From a virus (lineage: Duplodnaviria > Caudoviricetes): a stretch of DNA of 64,000 nt. This document shows, piece by piece, positions 45,101 through 55,680 of this stretch; position 1 is the stretch's first letter, and each line of letters opens with the position of its first letter. Both the position numbers and the translations under genes were made by a program. The notes under the pieces are model-generated. The model searched no databases, had not been told where the DNA came from, and worked only from the letters and a program-made list of their open reading frames with translations. The stretch lies in the IMG/VR virus record IMGVR_UViG_3300042402_003952. One strand, written 5' to 3'.

Positions 45101-47558
45101 AGCAATCTCTTATGCACTTCCTGAACCTATTGGCCAGGTTGTAATTGATGAGCCACAAAACAGTGCAACAAAAGAAACTGTACAAAAGGCAATTGCTGAC
45201 TTTGGTGTTGGTATTGGAATTACAAATATTGTATCAAATTCTGCAGGAACCGCACATACAATCTTTACTTCTATTGATCACGGATTTAATAGAGCAACAG
45301 GTTTATCCATTGTTGCAGGTGGTGCTGGATATGGAACAGGTATTGGTACAGAATACTTCTATAATGCAAAACTTGTCGGACAAACAGGCACTGGTATTAA
45401 CGCAACTGCAAGAATTAAAGTAGATGCTGGTGTCATTACTGGCATCAAGGTTATGGATGGTGGTAGTGCATTTGGTATTGGTAATACACTTGCTGTTGTT
45501 GGTGTTGCAACAACTTCTGGATATTCTGTAGGTATTGTAAGTGTAACTTCAATTTATGATGATACGAATGAAATCGTAAAAGTTGCTGGTATTAGTTCTT
45601 TAGGATATAAGAATTATAATACTCTCTACCGTATTACTGGAGTTACTGCAGGTAATTTTAAGCAAGTTGAAGTTGCTTCCGTTTCTCCAGTAAGTCCTGC
45701 AGTACAAGGTGGACTTGGACAACTGATTACCTCAAATGCTACTGCTGCATTAGTTGGTAAAGCAATCGGTGTATCTTCACTTACTTATAATGCTACAACT
45801 GGAATTGGAATTGTTACGACCACGAACAATCACGGTTTCCAAGTTGACAATGTTATTTCTCTAGGTGGAGCAGATAATTCACTTTATAATGGATCATTCA
45901 TTATAAGACAAGTTAATAGTCTTACTTCTTTCTCTGTTAATATTGGAGTAGGAACAACTGCTCCTGTAGGATCTGGAACAATCTATGCATATCGTCGTGG
46001 AACTGCATCAAATGCAGGAAACGTTACGATCAATGATGAAAACATTGGAGGACGTTTAGTTTCAATTTACGATAATGCAACTACAACACTCTCTGCTGCT
46101 GTTACTGGTCCGACTGTAGGAACAATTACAATTCCAGTTTCTGGATTAGACTTAAACATCGGTGATTATCTTGAAATTGGTGATGAGATTGTAAGAATCA
46201 AAACTACAGTTACAAGTGACACTATATCTGTTTATAGAGGTGTTCTAGGAACTCCAAGTGGAGCACATGCTTCCGGAACAACTGTAAGAAGAGTTAAACC
46301 AGTTCCTATTGAGTTCAGAAGACACTCTATCATTCGTGCATCAGGTCATACTTTTGAATATGTTGGATTTGGTCCTGGTAATTATTCAACTGCATTCCCA
46401 GATCGTCAAGATCGTCAACTTTCCGCACAAGAAGAACTAATCTCACAATCATATAAGAATGATGGTGGCATTAACTTCTTTACTGGAATGAATGACAAAG
46501 GTATTTCTTATTCTGGTAATAAGAAATTAAGTACAATCACTGGACAAGAAGAAATCTTTGATACTCCTATCCAAACCTTTACTGGTGAAGATATTTCAAA
46601 TCAACCTGCAATTAATGTTATTAATCCAGTAGAAGGAAACTTTAGCAATGCAATTCGTGTTGAAGGTGGTCCTGATGGTAAGGTTCTTTCCAAGTTTGAT
46701 GGTCCAGTAGTCTTTACCAATAAAGTAACTTCTACTTCCACTAAAGGATTTGAGGCAAATTCAGTTTTCATTCAAGGTGATGCTACAATTTCTAGAAAGT
46801 ATACTGTTGGAATTTCAACTCCAACAAATGCCGGAAACCCCGGAGACGTTGTTTATCAGGCAACTCCAGAAAGTGGTGGAACTCTTGGATGGGTTTACAC
46901 TTCAGATAATAATTGGAGAAGATTTGGACCTGTTAGTACTTCTACGACTAGTATCAACTTGTCAGTTAATCAAATCTCTGGAAATTCCTTCATTGGTACA
47001 TTCACTGGAGATGGTTCCGGATTAACAAACGTATCTGATATCTGGAGAACAGATGCAGTTGGTGTTCATACTTCAACTCCTATTGGTATTGGTACAACAA
47101 GTGCTAAAGCGGGATTTGGATTATATGTTGAAGGAAGCACTTCAATCAACGGAACACTCAGAGTTTTTGAAATTATTGAAAAAGCAACGATTAGTTCTAC
47201 AGTATTGAGTTCTGCATCTACGCAGAATATTGATCTTGGTGATAATAATGTTTATTACTTTACGACTAATGCTACAGGAAACTGGACGATTAACTTTAGA
47301 GCAAATTCCACACAAACATTGAATAGTTTCTTGGAAGTTGGAGAATCCACAACAGTTGCTATTATGACCACACAAGGATCAACTCCTTACTATAACACCA
47401 CTGTTCAGATTGATGGTGTAGCACAATCACCAAAATACTATGGAGGAAATACAATTACTTCAGGAAATGCAAATTCAATTGATATGTACACCTATGTAAT
47501 TCTTAAAACTGCAGCAAACACTTACACAGTTCTTTACTCACAATCACAATACAGTTGA
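42102..47558 (+). CDS. large virion structural / fibre-attachment protein (1818 aa)
   Basis: MGLSRL.NFL.N..G.ILYV.P...PFKTIQRAL N-terminus typical of cyanophage structural genes; repeated beta modules. Confidence 0.75.
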   Translation: MGLSRLSNFLRNTRGEILYVDPSSADSTDSVENRGNSLTRPFKTIQRALIEASRFSYQRGLDNDRFGKTTIMVYPGEHVIDNRPGWIPSDPNGGTFKSRSGETVTDFQPFDLTTNFDINSDSNILYKFNSVHGGVIIPRGTSLVGVDLRKTKIRPKYVPDPQNSNIDRSAIFRVTGICYFWQFSILDADPNGTCYKDYTSNAYVPNFSHHKLTAFEYADGVNNIDIDDAFLNYSTDKTDLDVYYEKIGIAYGPSSGREIPPEVTGSPLDIQPKIDEYRIVGSTGGNVGITSIKAGDGVVATNVITVTLEANALGLDVDTPISIEGISAAGYDGQFVVSEVLSSTQIKYQVSNPPVNALPSATGSNLSITTDTVTSASPYIFNISMRSVYGMCGLHADGSKASGFKSMVVAQFTGIGLQKDDNAFVKYNTSTGLFEDNTVSGNENIHSDSRARFKPVYENYHIKASNEAFIQVVSVFAIGYALHFVAETGGDLSITNSNSNFGAKSLAASGFRTTAFPRDDVGYITHFIPPKEFDTTETTLEFTAIDVSRTVGIASTNRLYLYNETNASIPPDNVIEGYRIGAKFNDKLNVLLSQSGITTQYSARIIMPSTQFTGNELTSEKSYRVNISGSSNAISSNIITLTTNHSLTDGETVRVISSNGHLPDGLSPNQVYYAITTGVSGNQLKLAQTLNDALDGSEVTLNNKGGLLTIVSRVSDKNSGDIGHPIQYDSTNGQWYLNVGTASTDNSLYSALVGFGTAVLGTATPRTFITRRSDVRALNDSIYRIRYVIPKDSATTARPPSDGFIIQESGSALGTTDTEVAYQFNPSTATLANVTNLRNQRVVANASWDGTSVNVITELPHNLTVGSEVNLVNVTSTGNLAGAANSAYNGTFTITGISSSKHFSYALSSNPGTFTNNITNRTTSLPYFQRKKYNNTFLVYRTQEVQKYIKNEQDGVYHLTLINSSNSPNVSPFNNLRFLQPVTNLYSQVNRDNPNSDPEPAISYALPEPIGQVVIDEPQNSATKETVQKAIADFGVGIGITNIVSNSAGTAHTIFTSIDHGFNRATGLSIVAGGAGYGTGIGTEYFYNAKLVGQTGTGINATARIKVDAGVITGIKVMDGGSAFGIGNTLAVVGVATTSGYSVGIVSVTSIYDDTNEIVKVAGISSLGYKNYNTLYRITGVTAGNFKQVEVASVSPVSPAVQGGLGQLITSNATAALVGKAIGVSSLTYNATTGIGIVTTTNNHGFQVDNVISLGGADNSLYNGSFIIRQVNSLTSFSVNIGVGTTAPVGSGTIYAYRRGTASNAGNVTINDENIGGRLVSIYDNATTTLSAAVTGPTVGTITIPVSGLDLNIGDYLEIGDEIVRIKTTVTSDTISVYRGVLGTPSGAHASGTTVRRVKPVPIEFRRHSIIRASGHTFEYVGFGPGNYSTAFPDRQDRQLSAQEELISQSYKNDGGINFFTGMNDKGISYSGNKKLSTITGQEEIFDTPIQTFTGEDISNQPAINVINPVEGNFSNAIRVEGGPDGKVLSKFDGPVVFTNKVTSTSTKGFEANSVFIQGDATISRKYTVGISTPTNAGNPGDVVYQATPESGGTLGWVYTSDNNWRRFGPVSTSTTSINLSVNQISGNSFIGTFTGDGSGLTNVSDIWRTDAVGVHTSTPIGIGTTSAKAGFGLYVEGSTSINGTLRVFEIIEKATISSTVLSSASTQNIDLGDNNVYYFTTNATGNWTINFRANSTQTLNSFLEVGESTTVAIMTTQGSTPYYNTTVQIDGVAQSPKYYGGNTITSGNANSIDMYTYVILKTAANTYTVLYSQSQYS

Positions 47559-47569
47559 GGAGAAAATAA

Positions 47570-50500
47570 ATGAGTCCACTATTAGGTGCTTTAGGAGATT
47601 CCTCTGAATATGCTTATAGAGGAACTTTAGATGATATACCTACTGATTTTTCACTCACAAATGTAACTGGAGCAGAACCTGGAGTTGCTTATACTACAGG
47701 CCCAGTTACAATTAATGGAATCAATAATACAGTTAGAGTATCTGTAGGCACTGGAGCATCTATTGCAGTTAATAGTGGAATTTTTACAAGTGGTCCTGGA
47801 TTTATAAGAAATGGTCAAACAGTTGCTGTTCGTATTCCAACTACATCAGGATCTGATAATGATTTTGGAAAAACCTACAGTGCAACCTTAACTGTTGGAA
47901 GAACTTCAAAACAGTGGAGTGTTACGACGAGAACAAAAGATTCTACGCCTGATGCATTTACTTTCACTAATTCAACTAATCAGAATTTAGGAATTACATC
48001 AACAAGTAATACGATTACAATTTCTGGATTAGATGCAACAATTCCTTCAAATGCTGCAATTACTTCTGGTATTGGATCTTTCCGTAAAAATGGAGGAGCA
48101 CCAGGAACTGCAACAACAATAGGAAATGGAGATACGCTTGCGATTGTATTAGCAGGTCCAACCGATTATTCCAAAACAAATTCTACTTCTATCACTGTTG
48201 GTGATTATACAACATCATATTCAATTTCTACAAGAGACTCTGATACTACTGTAAATCAATTTACATTTACTAATTTTACCAATGTTGGATTATCATCTGC
48301 ATTTGACAGTAATTCAATTACTTTGAGTGGTGCAGATACTGATACTGCAGCAGCACCTGTTCCATTAACTGCAACAGTATCTGGTGGATTTTTAAAAGTT
48401 GTAAGAGGTTCAACCACAGTCAGAGACTTTAGTGCATCTTCTGCAACGGTTTATAATGGCGATATTCTTACTTTAAGAGTTAATTCTTCTCCAAGTTATA
48501 GCACTTCAACATCGGCATCATTATCAATCACAGGAGCAAATACTCCAGTTGGTGTTGCAAGCACATTCACTGTCACAACAAGACCAATTGTAAGCGATAC
48601 AATTCCAACACAATTCACTTTTGTTGACAAGAGTGGTCAAGGAAGAAACATTGCAACAATTAGTGATCCTATTACGATTGTTGGAATGACAACACACGCT
48701 GATGATTTTGGAACTGCTTTCATTACAACTACAACAGACGGTGGAGAATTTAGAGTTACTCGTGGAGGATCTGTTGTTAGAGGATTTGGTACAGAATCAT
48801 ATCAAATTAGAAATAATGACATTATTAATTTAAGGATTACGACATCTCCTGCATCAAATGGATCAGTTCAAACTAGATTCAATGTAACAGGAAGTGATAA
48901 TACTGATATTAATAACATTATCAATCAAACAATTAGTGACACTTGGGTTGTTCAAAGTGCAGTTCGTAATTGTCCTTTAGTTGCTCCTACTTTTACATCA
49001 ATTACTGGAGTAAATCCATCATCTTTACAATCAGTAACCTTCATACCTACAAGTTATGATAGTGACTGTGGAGTTGTTGTCAATACCTCAAATGCAAACT
49101 CATATCTAGATGTTAATGGTACAACTGGAAATAATATAGTAGTTCTTCCTGGTGTTGCCTGTACTGTTTATATGACAGCAGGTTCATTCTCTCAAACAAG
49201 ATCAACGACAGTTACTCTCACTGCAAACAATAATCTTCCATCACCAACTTCAACATCATCATCTTGGTCCGTATCTACAAGATCATCAAATGATCCAACT
49301 GTCACTTTAACTGCAAGTCCATCATCAGTTTCTTGTAATCAAAACACAACTTTAACTTGGTCTACGACTTCTGCAGTAAGTGTAACAACAAATGGGTTTA
49401 CTGGAGTTGGAACTAATGGATCTTTGACTGTTGGACCATTAAAAGCAAATACTAGTTACTCAATTACTGCAACTGGACCTGATGGAACAACTGCAACTTC
49501 TTCCTCTTCAGTTGTAGTCAGTACAACTGCAGCAGCAACTTTAACAGCAAATTCTACAAGTATTGCGTATAATGGAAGTGTAACATTAAGTTGGTCAACA
49601 TCAAATGCAAGTAGTGTTGTTTCAAACTTTGGAGCAACTGCAACATCAGGATCTATCACTTTAAATAATTTAAAATCTAGTCAGACTTATACACTTCGTG
49701 CAATATCTAATGGTGGATGTGCAGATTCACCAACTCAAACTGTAACTATTAATGTTGCTGCTTGTAGTGAAATTAGAGATGTTGATACTGGATATAGTGG
49801 AATTACATTAAATTATACTTATGCAAATCCAGGAAATGGTTTTGATTATTATTTTTCGGGTTTAAGTGGTGATGGAACAGCAAGAGCAGCACAAAGTTAT
49901 GGTGATAGTGAATTTTGGTCTGGTTTTAGTCCTACTAGCCCTTGTACTTGTGGATGGACTGATCCGTGTCTGAATGGATCTAGTGGACCTAATAGTGATT
50001 TTTTTGTTATTCCTGCTGGAGTCACTTTCGTCACTATAATTGCAGCAGGTTCTGGAGGTGGAGGAGGTGGAGGAGGTCCAGCTCTTCCGGGTGGTAGTGG
50101 AGGAGGAGGAGCATATGTAATATTAGGTGTTTCTGTAAGTCCCGGTCAAAGATTTACTTGGAGTTTTGGTGGAGGTGGACAAGGTTCATATCCAAATGGT
50201 TCAGGAAACACTCCAAATAATGGTGGTGGTGGATGCTTTGCTGGTCCTGGATGGCCAACAAGAGTTTATAATAATAATGGAAGACAAATAATAGCTGCTG
50301 GCGGTGGAGGTGGTGGCGGAAGAAATATAAATGGACAACCTGGATCTGGAAGTGTTGATCCAGGAGGATCAGTATCTACTGGTGGTGCTGGTAATGGTGG
50401 GCGAGGTGGTGAGTTATCCTCTGCCGGAAGTGCCGGTGGTGCTGGATATGTTTCAATGTCTTTTACTGTAAATATTGAAGGTGCTTCTTGGAGTACCTTG

Positions 50501-50692
50501 ATTACTGGTATTAACCAACAGTATAGATCATCGTTTAATCGTCCACCATCTGTAAGTGAAATGGATTATTGGATTAACGAATATTTAAGTTATAATGCAG
50601 ATACTGTTGAACAATTGAAAGGATGGATTGCTGGAGGAAGTGCTTATAGATCATCCACTGGTGCAGTTACTTATTGTGGATCTACCTTATAA
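47570..50692 (+). CDS. Thr/Ser-rich structural protein with Ig-like repeats and a glycine-rich domain
   Basis: Repeated D..P..F.F modules; GGGGGG...GGGG glycine-rich region. Confidence 0.7.
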   Translation: MSPLLGALGDSSEYAYRGTLDDIPTDFSLTNVTGAEPGVAYTTGPVTINGINNTVRVSVGTGASIAVNSGIFTSGPGFIRNGQTVAVRIPTTSGSDNDFGKTYSATLTVGRTSKQWSVTTRTKDSTPDAFTFTNSTNQNLGITSTSNTITISGLDATIPSNAAITSGIGSFRKNGGAPGTATTIGNGDTLAIVLAGPTDYSKTNSTSITVGDYTTSYSISTRDSDTTVNQFTFTNFTNVGLSSAFDSNSITLSGADTDTAAAPVPLTATVSGGFLKVVRGSTTVRDFSASSATVYNGDILTLRVNSSPSYSTSTSASLSITGANTPVGVASTFTVTTRPIVSDTIPTQFTFVDKSGQGRNIATISDPITIVGMTTHADDFGTAFITTTTDGGEFRVTRGGSVVRGFGTESYQIRNNDIINLRITTSPASNGSVQTRFNVTGSDNTDINNIINQTISDTWVVQSAVRNCPLVAPTFTSITGVNPSSLQSVTFIPTSYDSDCGVVVNTSNANSYLDVNGTTGNNIVVLPGVACTVYMTAGSFSQTRSTTVTLTANNNLPSPTSTSSSWSVSTRSSNDPTVTLTASPSSVSCNQNTTLTWSTTSAVSVTTNGFTGVGTNGSLTVGPLKANTSYSITATGPDGTTATSSSSVVVSTTAAATLTANSTSIAYNGSVTLSWSTSNASSVVSNFGATATSGSITLNNLKSSQTYTLRAISNGGCADSPTQTVTINVAACSEIRDVDTGYSGITLNYTYANPGNGFDYYFSGLSGDGTARAAQSYGDSEFWSGFSPTSPCTCGWTDPCLNGSSGPNSDFFVIPAGVTFVTIIAAGSGGGGGGGGPALPGGSGGGGAYVILGVSVSPGQRFTWSFGGGGQGSYPNGSGNTPNNGGGGCFAGPGWPTRVYNNNGRQIIAAGGGGGGGRNINGQPGSGSVDPGGSVSTGGAGNGGRGGELSSAGSAGGAGYVSMSFTVNIEGASWSTLITGINQQYRSSFNRPPSVSEMDYWINEYLSYNADTVEQLKGWIAGGSAYRSSTGAVTYCGSTL

Positions 50693-50729
50693 CATTCATA
50701 AATAGAAAAAAGGTAGGCGCTCTCCTCCC

Positions 50730-53264
50730 ATGGCAGTACAAAAAAACTTTAGCATACGTAATGGTTTAGAAGTAAATGAAAAATTACTTGTTGCGGACTC
50801 TGTACTAGACAGAGTTGGTATTGGATCAACAACTCCAAAGTATACTTTTGAAGTCATTGGTGGAATAGGCGCTACCGACATTAATATTCTTGGTATTAGT
50901 ACAGTACTTACCGAGTTCAATGTGGGAACTGGTGGTACTGTAATTACTTCACTCAACACTGGACTCACTGGTTTTGGTACACAGTCTCCAGCGTATATTG
51001 TTGATATACGATCTCCAGTCTCTACGGGACAGACAGCACTCTATGTTCAGGGTGATGTCAGAATTACTGGTGATGTATATGCAGATGATATTAATCTCGA
51101 TCAAGCAACATTTACTAATCTAGAAGTCACTGGCGTTAGTACGATTGCGATTGGTATCATTACCACATTAAGTGGTTCTAACCTAAATTACAGTGGTATT
51201 GGATCTTTCGGAAGTGTTAATACTCCAACTGCAAGAATTACTACTGGCATTGTTACGACGATTGATAATGCTAATTTAAGAGTATCCGGAATTGCAAGTA
51301 TCAATACTGGTGTTGTAACGACTGCTTATATCAACACTGGTATTGTAACTAATTTAAGTGGAACAAATCTTAATTATACTGGTGTTACTACTGTTGGTGA
51401 TTTTTCATCAACAGGTTCTTTTGATTCTTATGCACCAACTTCAACATTCCACGGAAATGTAACCATTGACGGAAACGTTACAGTTGGTGGAACTTCAGGC
51501 ATAATCAATGCTGTAGAATTAAGAATTGAAGACAAAGACCTTGTTCTTGGATTTACGACTACAATAACACCAACTGATGATACTGCAAATCACGGTGGTA
51601 TTGCAATTGCATCAACAGAAGGAACTCCATTAGTTTCTTTATATGCAGCAGGTATTAATACATTACCTGACACCTACAAGCAAATTATGTGGGTTAAGCG
51701 CAATACAATGGGCGCTGGAACCACTGATGCATTCTTATTTAACTATGGTGTTGGTATTGGTTCAACACAAGTTCCTAATGGTGTTAAACTTTCTGTTGGA
51801 TCAGTACATATTACTGATGATACTATCAATGCAACAAATGCAGTATTAACCAATTTAAATGCATCTGGTGTTACTACATCTAATTCTTATAATATTGGTG
51901 CAACTCAAGTTATTAGTTCTGGTAGACAACTTCAGAACATTGCTTCTCTTGATGCAACCACAACTGCAACGATTGAAGCAGCAATTGCGAATGCACCAAA
52001 CACATTTACTGATATAACAGTCAGTGGTCTTTCAACATTTGTAGGTGTTTCGACATTTAACAGTGGTGTTTATGTTTCTGGTATTGCTACTTTCCAGAAT
52101 AATGTAAGTCTTGCTGATAATGCAAATCTATACATTGGTACTGGAAATGATTTAAGAATTTTCCATAATGGATCCAATAGTTTTATCCAAGATAATGGAA
52201 CTGGAAATCTTTTCATTGACGCATCTAGTACTTATTATAGAGCATCTTCACATTTAATTCAGAATGCCAGTTCATCAGAAACTCTTGCAACCTTTACTGA
52301 AAACGGTTCAGTAGCACTTTACTTTGATAATGTAAAGGAATTTGAAACCACAGGATATGGCGCAACTGTCTTTGGAACTTTACAAACACAGCAACTAAAT
52401 GTTTCTGGTGTTTCTACAATAAGCACTACAAATATTAGCGGAGACTTAACATTTACTGGTAATAATGATCTTTACTTAAAAGATAGTGGGGTTATTAATT
52501 TTGGAGATAGTAATGATCTACAAATTTACCACAATGGTGTATTAAGTGTAATTAGAGAAGGTGGAACCGGCGGATTATTAATTGATTCTAATAATGAAAT
52601 TAAACTTGGTAAGAATGGAGCAGGAAATGATACTCTTGCGATATTTACACCTGATGGTTCAGTAGAACTCTATTATGACAACGTAAAGGAATTTGAAACC
52701 ACAGGATATGGTGCTACTGTTTATGGAACTTTACAAACACAGCAACTAAATGTTTCTGGTCTATCAACGGTTGCAAACTTTAGAATCACACCAATTGGTT
52801 CTGGCGCAACAGTTGGTAACTCTGGTATTGTTACTTACTATGGTGATGGTTCTCAACTCTCTAATATCATTTCTGGTGTTGGAATTCAATCTGCAGGAAC
52901 TTTAGTTGGTACTGGATTTACCACACTCAACTTCATTGGCGCAGGTAATACCTTTGCTGTCAATGGAACTACTATTGATATTAGTATTTCTGGTGGAGCA
53001 GGTGCTGGTGGTACTTGGACAACATATAATGCAGGTATTGCAACCAGTAAGTCTGTTGGTGTTCATACTTCAACGATTGATAATGCAAATCTCACTGGTG
53101 TTGGCAATTCATTCCAAGGACTTTATGTTGCTAATGGTATGATTATCGTTGATAATCAACTCAATGGAGACCATTACATTGGTACTTCATATAATGGACT
53201 GATGGCAGGTCCTGTCACCATTAATGGAATATTGACTGTTGATGGTAATTACGTAGTAGTCTAA
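50730..53264 (+). CDS. tail fibre protein
   Basis: VGIGST.P, L.I.H.G..S.I, G.V.LY.DN...FETT fibre repeats. Confidence 0.8.
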   Translation: MAVQKNFSIRNGLEVNEKLLVADSVLDRVGIGSTTPKYTFEVIGGIGATDINILGISTVLTEFNVGTGGTVITSLNTGLTGFGTQSPAYIVDIRSPVSTGQTALYVQGDVRITGDVYADDINLDQATFTNLEVTGVSTIAIGIITTLSGSNLNYSGIGSFGSVNTPTARITTGIVTTIDNANLRVSGIASINTGVVTTAYINTGIVTNLSGTNLNYTGVTTVGDFSSTGSFDSYAPTSTFHGNVTIDGNVTVGGTSGIINAVELRIEDKDLVLGFTTTITPTDDTANHGGIAIASTEGTPLVSLYAAGINTLPDTYKQIMWVKRNTMGAGTTDAFLFNYGVGIGSTQVPNGVKLSVGSVHITDDTINATNAVLTNLNASGVTTSNSYNIGATQVISSGRQLQNIASLDATTTATIEAAIANAPNTFTDITVSGLSTFVGVSTFNSGVYVSGIATFQNNVSLADNANLYIGTGNDLRIFHNGSNSFIQDNGTGNLFIDASSTYYRASSHLIQNASSSETLATFTENGSVALYFDNVKEFETTGYGATVFGTLQTQQLNVSGVSTISTTNISGDLTFTGNNDLYLKDSGVINFGDSNDLQIYHNGVLSVIREGGTGGLLIDSNNEIKLGKNGAGNDTLAIFTPDGSVELYYDNVKEFETTGYGATVYGTLQTQQLNVSGLSTVANFRITPIGSGATVGNSGIVTYYGDGSQLSNIISGVGIQSAGTLVGTGFTTLNFIGAGNTFAVNGTTIDISISGGAGAGGTWTTYNAGIATSKSVGVHTSTIDNANLTGVGNSFQGLYVANGMIIVDNQLNGDHYIGTSYNGLMAGPVTINGILTVDGNYVVV
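52332..52760 (+). repeat. 78-nt near-identical direct repeat (52332-52409 and 52683-52760), period 351 nt
   Basis: GTAAAGGAATTTGAAACCACAGGATATGG...GGAACTTTACAAACACAGCAACTAAATGTTTCTGGT occurs twice. Confidence 0.85.
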
Positions 53265-53292
53265 ATAGTAAAAAATAGGGGATAGTGAACCT

Positions 53293-55575
53293 ATGACTAT
53301 CATAAGACCGAATAGTATATCTGGTATTACTTCGATTACCGCTCAGAGTGATACGATTAACATTTATAAGTCTGACGGAACACTGTCTGGTTTACAACTA
53401 AATGGAGTTAATTTTAATACAACATCAGGAATCAGTACATTTTCTAATGTTGTAGTTGCTGATGGATCTGCTTCCACTCCATCTTTAAAGTTTTCTTCAA
53501 GTAGCACAACTGGATTATATTCTCCAGGAGCAAATCAATTTGGTATTGCTACGAATGGAACAGCAAGAATTACAATAGATTCAAATGGAAATGTAACCAT
53601 TGCAAATACTATTAATGTTCCTTTAGGTAGTGCATCTGCTCCTGCATTTAGTTTTACAGGTGATAGCAACACCGGCATCTACTCCCCCGGCGCAGACCAA
53701 GTAGCCATCTCGACTAATGGCACGGGGCGATTGTTTGTTGATGCGAGTGGGAATGTTGGGATCGGAACGAGCGCCAATAACGTCCTCGATCAGATTTCAT
53801 CTGCACGACCTTTGCTTGTCCAAAGTGCTAGTAGCAGTACGACTATTGGCGGCAGTGCAAATGCGATCACAATTTGCAACTCAGATACCACTGCTTCTAA
53901 CACATCGCAAATCAATTTTGCGGCGATATCTGGACCCAGCCCGCTTCAGTTCAGCTCGGCAATCATTAGTGCAATACACGGTGCGCGTACAAACGGACAG
54001 TACCCAACTGGGTCGCTTGTCTTCCTGACCAGCACAGCAACAAACTCCGCACCTACCGAAAAACTTCGGATAACAAATGACGGCAAACTAGGTCTGGGGA
54101 CTAGTAGTCCTGGCGTTTCTTTTGACGTTCAAGCTGGAGCTACCTCTGACTGCGTTGCAATCCGAAGCACGTTAAACACAAATGCAGGTGCAGTTGGTGG
54201 CATTGCTCTCTACGGGGGTAATTCCTCTGGAACATCAGTTGCGTATGGCGGTTTCTATGGGAACATTCAGTCCAATACTGCCGGAAGCCATAGCGGTGGG
54301 CTGCGCTTCTATATCGCTGACTCTGGCTCATTCTCAGAGAAGATGCGCCTTACCCCAACTGGACTAGGGATTGGCACTACGAGCCCTAGCTTCAAGCTTC
54401 ACTCATACGATACTGCCGCTGCTCAAGGTTTCTTTAACGGCTGGTCATCTGGCGGCACTTACGACGCCGCTGGAGCCATCCGGTTTGGAAATCAAACTGG
54501 GTACCAAGGTCGGGTGGATTACGATCCAAGCGGCAATACGAACTTTATTTTTGAGAACAGTTACTCAAATGGGGCAATTAGCTGGAAAATATACGGTGGA
54601 GAAAAAGCTAGGCTAACGCCTACTGGGCAGCTTTTAGTTGGCACGTCTACTGCCTTTAGGTCGGATTCATTTATTCAAGTAAAAGGCGGAAACTCCAGCA
54701 GTGTTGGATCGCTTGCGCTGGCATCTACCTCCAATAACCCAACTTCTGGCGCGGATCTTGGTTTTATCACCATTACAGACACCGGAGGAAACAGGGGCGC
54801 ATCTATTGTTGCAACTGCAGACGGTAACTGGACTTCAGGTACGAGTCAGCCAACGCGATTAGCGTTATCCACTACCGCCGCCGATGCGAGCAGTCCGACG
54901 GAGCGGATGAGGATTACGAGTGATGGGTATGTTTACATCGGAAAAACAACAGGAAGCACGTCTGTAGCTGGCACTGTGTTTTTGCAAAACTACGCAGTAA
55001 TAACAAGCACTGCAACAAACAGCGGGGACAGATGCTTGATACTTAACCGCCAATCGGCAGATGGAGACTTGCTTCAATTCTGGCAGGCCGATACTCAAGA
55101 AGGCGCAGTCTCTGTCTCCGGCACTACTGTGACCTACGGCGGCGGTCACCTTGCCCGTTGGTCGCAACTGCCAAATGCTGAAGACCCATCCACACTCCTT
55201 AAGGGCACTGTCCTGTCAAACTTGGATGAGATGTGCGAGTGGGGCGAGGAAGACAACGAGCAGCTCAACCGCACCAAAGTGAGCGATGTTGAAGGCGATC
55301 CAAATGTGGCTGGCGTGTATGTGTCAGCGTCGCCTACTGATGATGGTCCGCTGGATTTTTGGTTGGCGATGACTGGCGACATGATCATCCGCATTGCTGA
55401 AGGTGTCACCGTACAGCGTGGCGACCTGCTGATGTCCGCTGGTGACGGCACCGCCAAGCCCCAAGACGATGACATCGTTCGCAGCAAAACCATCGCCAAG
55501 GTGACTTCCAACCACGTCACCTGCACCTACGACGATGGGAGCTACTGCGTTCCCTGCGTATTGATGGCTTGCTAG
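53293..55575 (+). CDS. tail fibre protein with probable C-terminal chaperone domain
   Basis: GDSNTGIYSPGADQ, EK(M/L)R repeats; C-terminal GGHLARWSQL...GDLLMSAGDG..PCVLMAC domain. Confidence 0.8.
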   Translation: MTIIRPNSISGITSITAQSDTINIYKSDGTLSGLQLNGVNFNTTSGISTFSNVVVADGSASTPSLKFSSSSTTGLYSPGANQFGIATNGTARITIDSNGNVTIANTINVPLGSASAPAFSFTGDSNTGIYSPGADQVAISTNGTGRLFVDASGNVGIGTSANNVLDQISSARPLLVQSASSSTTIGGSANAITICNSDTTASNTSQINFAAISGPSPLQFSSAIISAIHGARTNGQYPTGSLVFLTSTATNSAPTEKLRITNDGKLGLGTSSPGVSFDVQAGATSDCVAIRSTLNTNAGAVGGIALYGGNSSGTSVAYGGFYGNIQSNTAGSHSGGLRFYIADSGSFSEKMRLTPTGLGIGTTSPSFKLHSYDTAAAQGFFNGWSSGGTYDAAGAIRFGNQTGYQGRVDYDPSGNTNFIFENSYSNGAISWKIYGGEKARLTPTGQLLVGTSTAFRSDSFIQVKGGNSSSVGSLALASTSNNPTSGADLGFITITDTGGNRGASIVATADGNWTSGTSQPTRLALSTTAADASSPTERMRITSDGYVYIGKTTGSTSVAGTVFLQNYAVITSTATNSGDRCLILNRQSADGDLLQFWQADTQEGAVSVSGTTVTYGGGHLARWSQLPNAEDPSTLLKGTVLSNLDEMCEWGEEDNEQLNRTKVSDVEGDPNVAGVYVSASPTDDGPLDFWLAMTGDMIIRIAEGVTVQRGDLLMSAGDGTAKPQDDDIVRSKTIAKVTSNHVTCTYDDGSYCVPCVLMAC

Positions 55576-55609
55576 GGCAAGTAGTCCTACTCGAAAGTCA
55601 TCATACACA

Positions 55610-55638
55610 TAGTGTGGTAATTACACCTTATCACACTA
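55610..55638. other. candidate tyrosine-recombinase core site
   Basis: TAGTGTGGTAA - TTACACC - TTATCACACTA: 11-bp arms, 10/11 inverted match, 7-bp asymmetric spacer. Confidence 0.55.
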
Positions 55639-55680
55639 ATTACTTTATGTTACAATATAGACTAATAAATCTACTAAATT

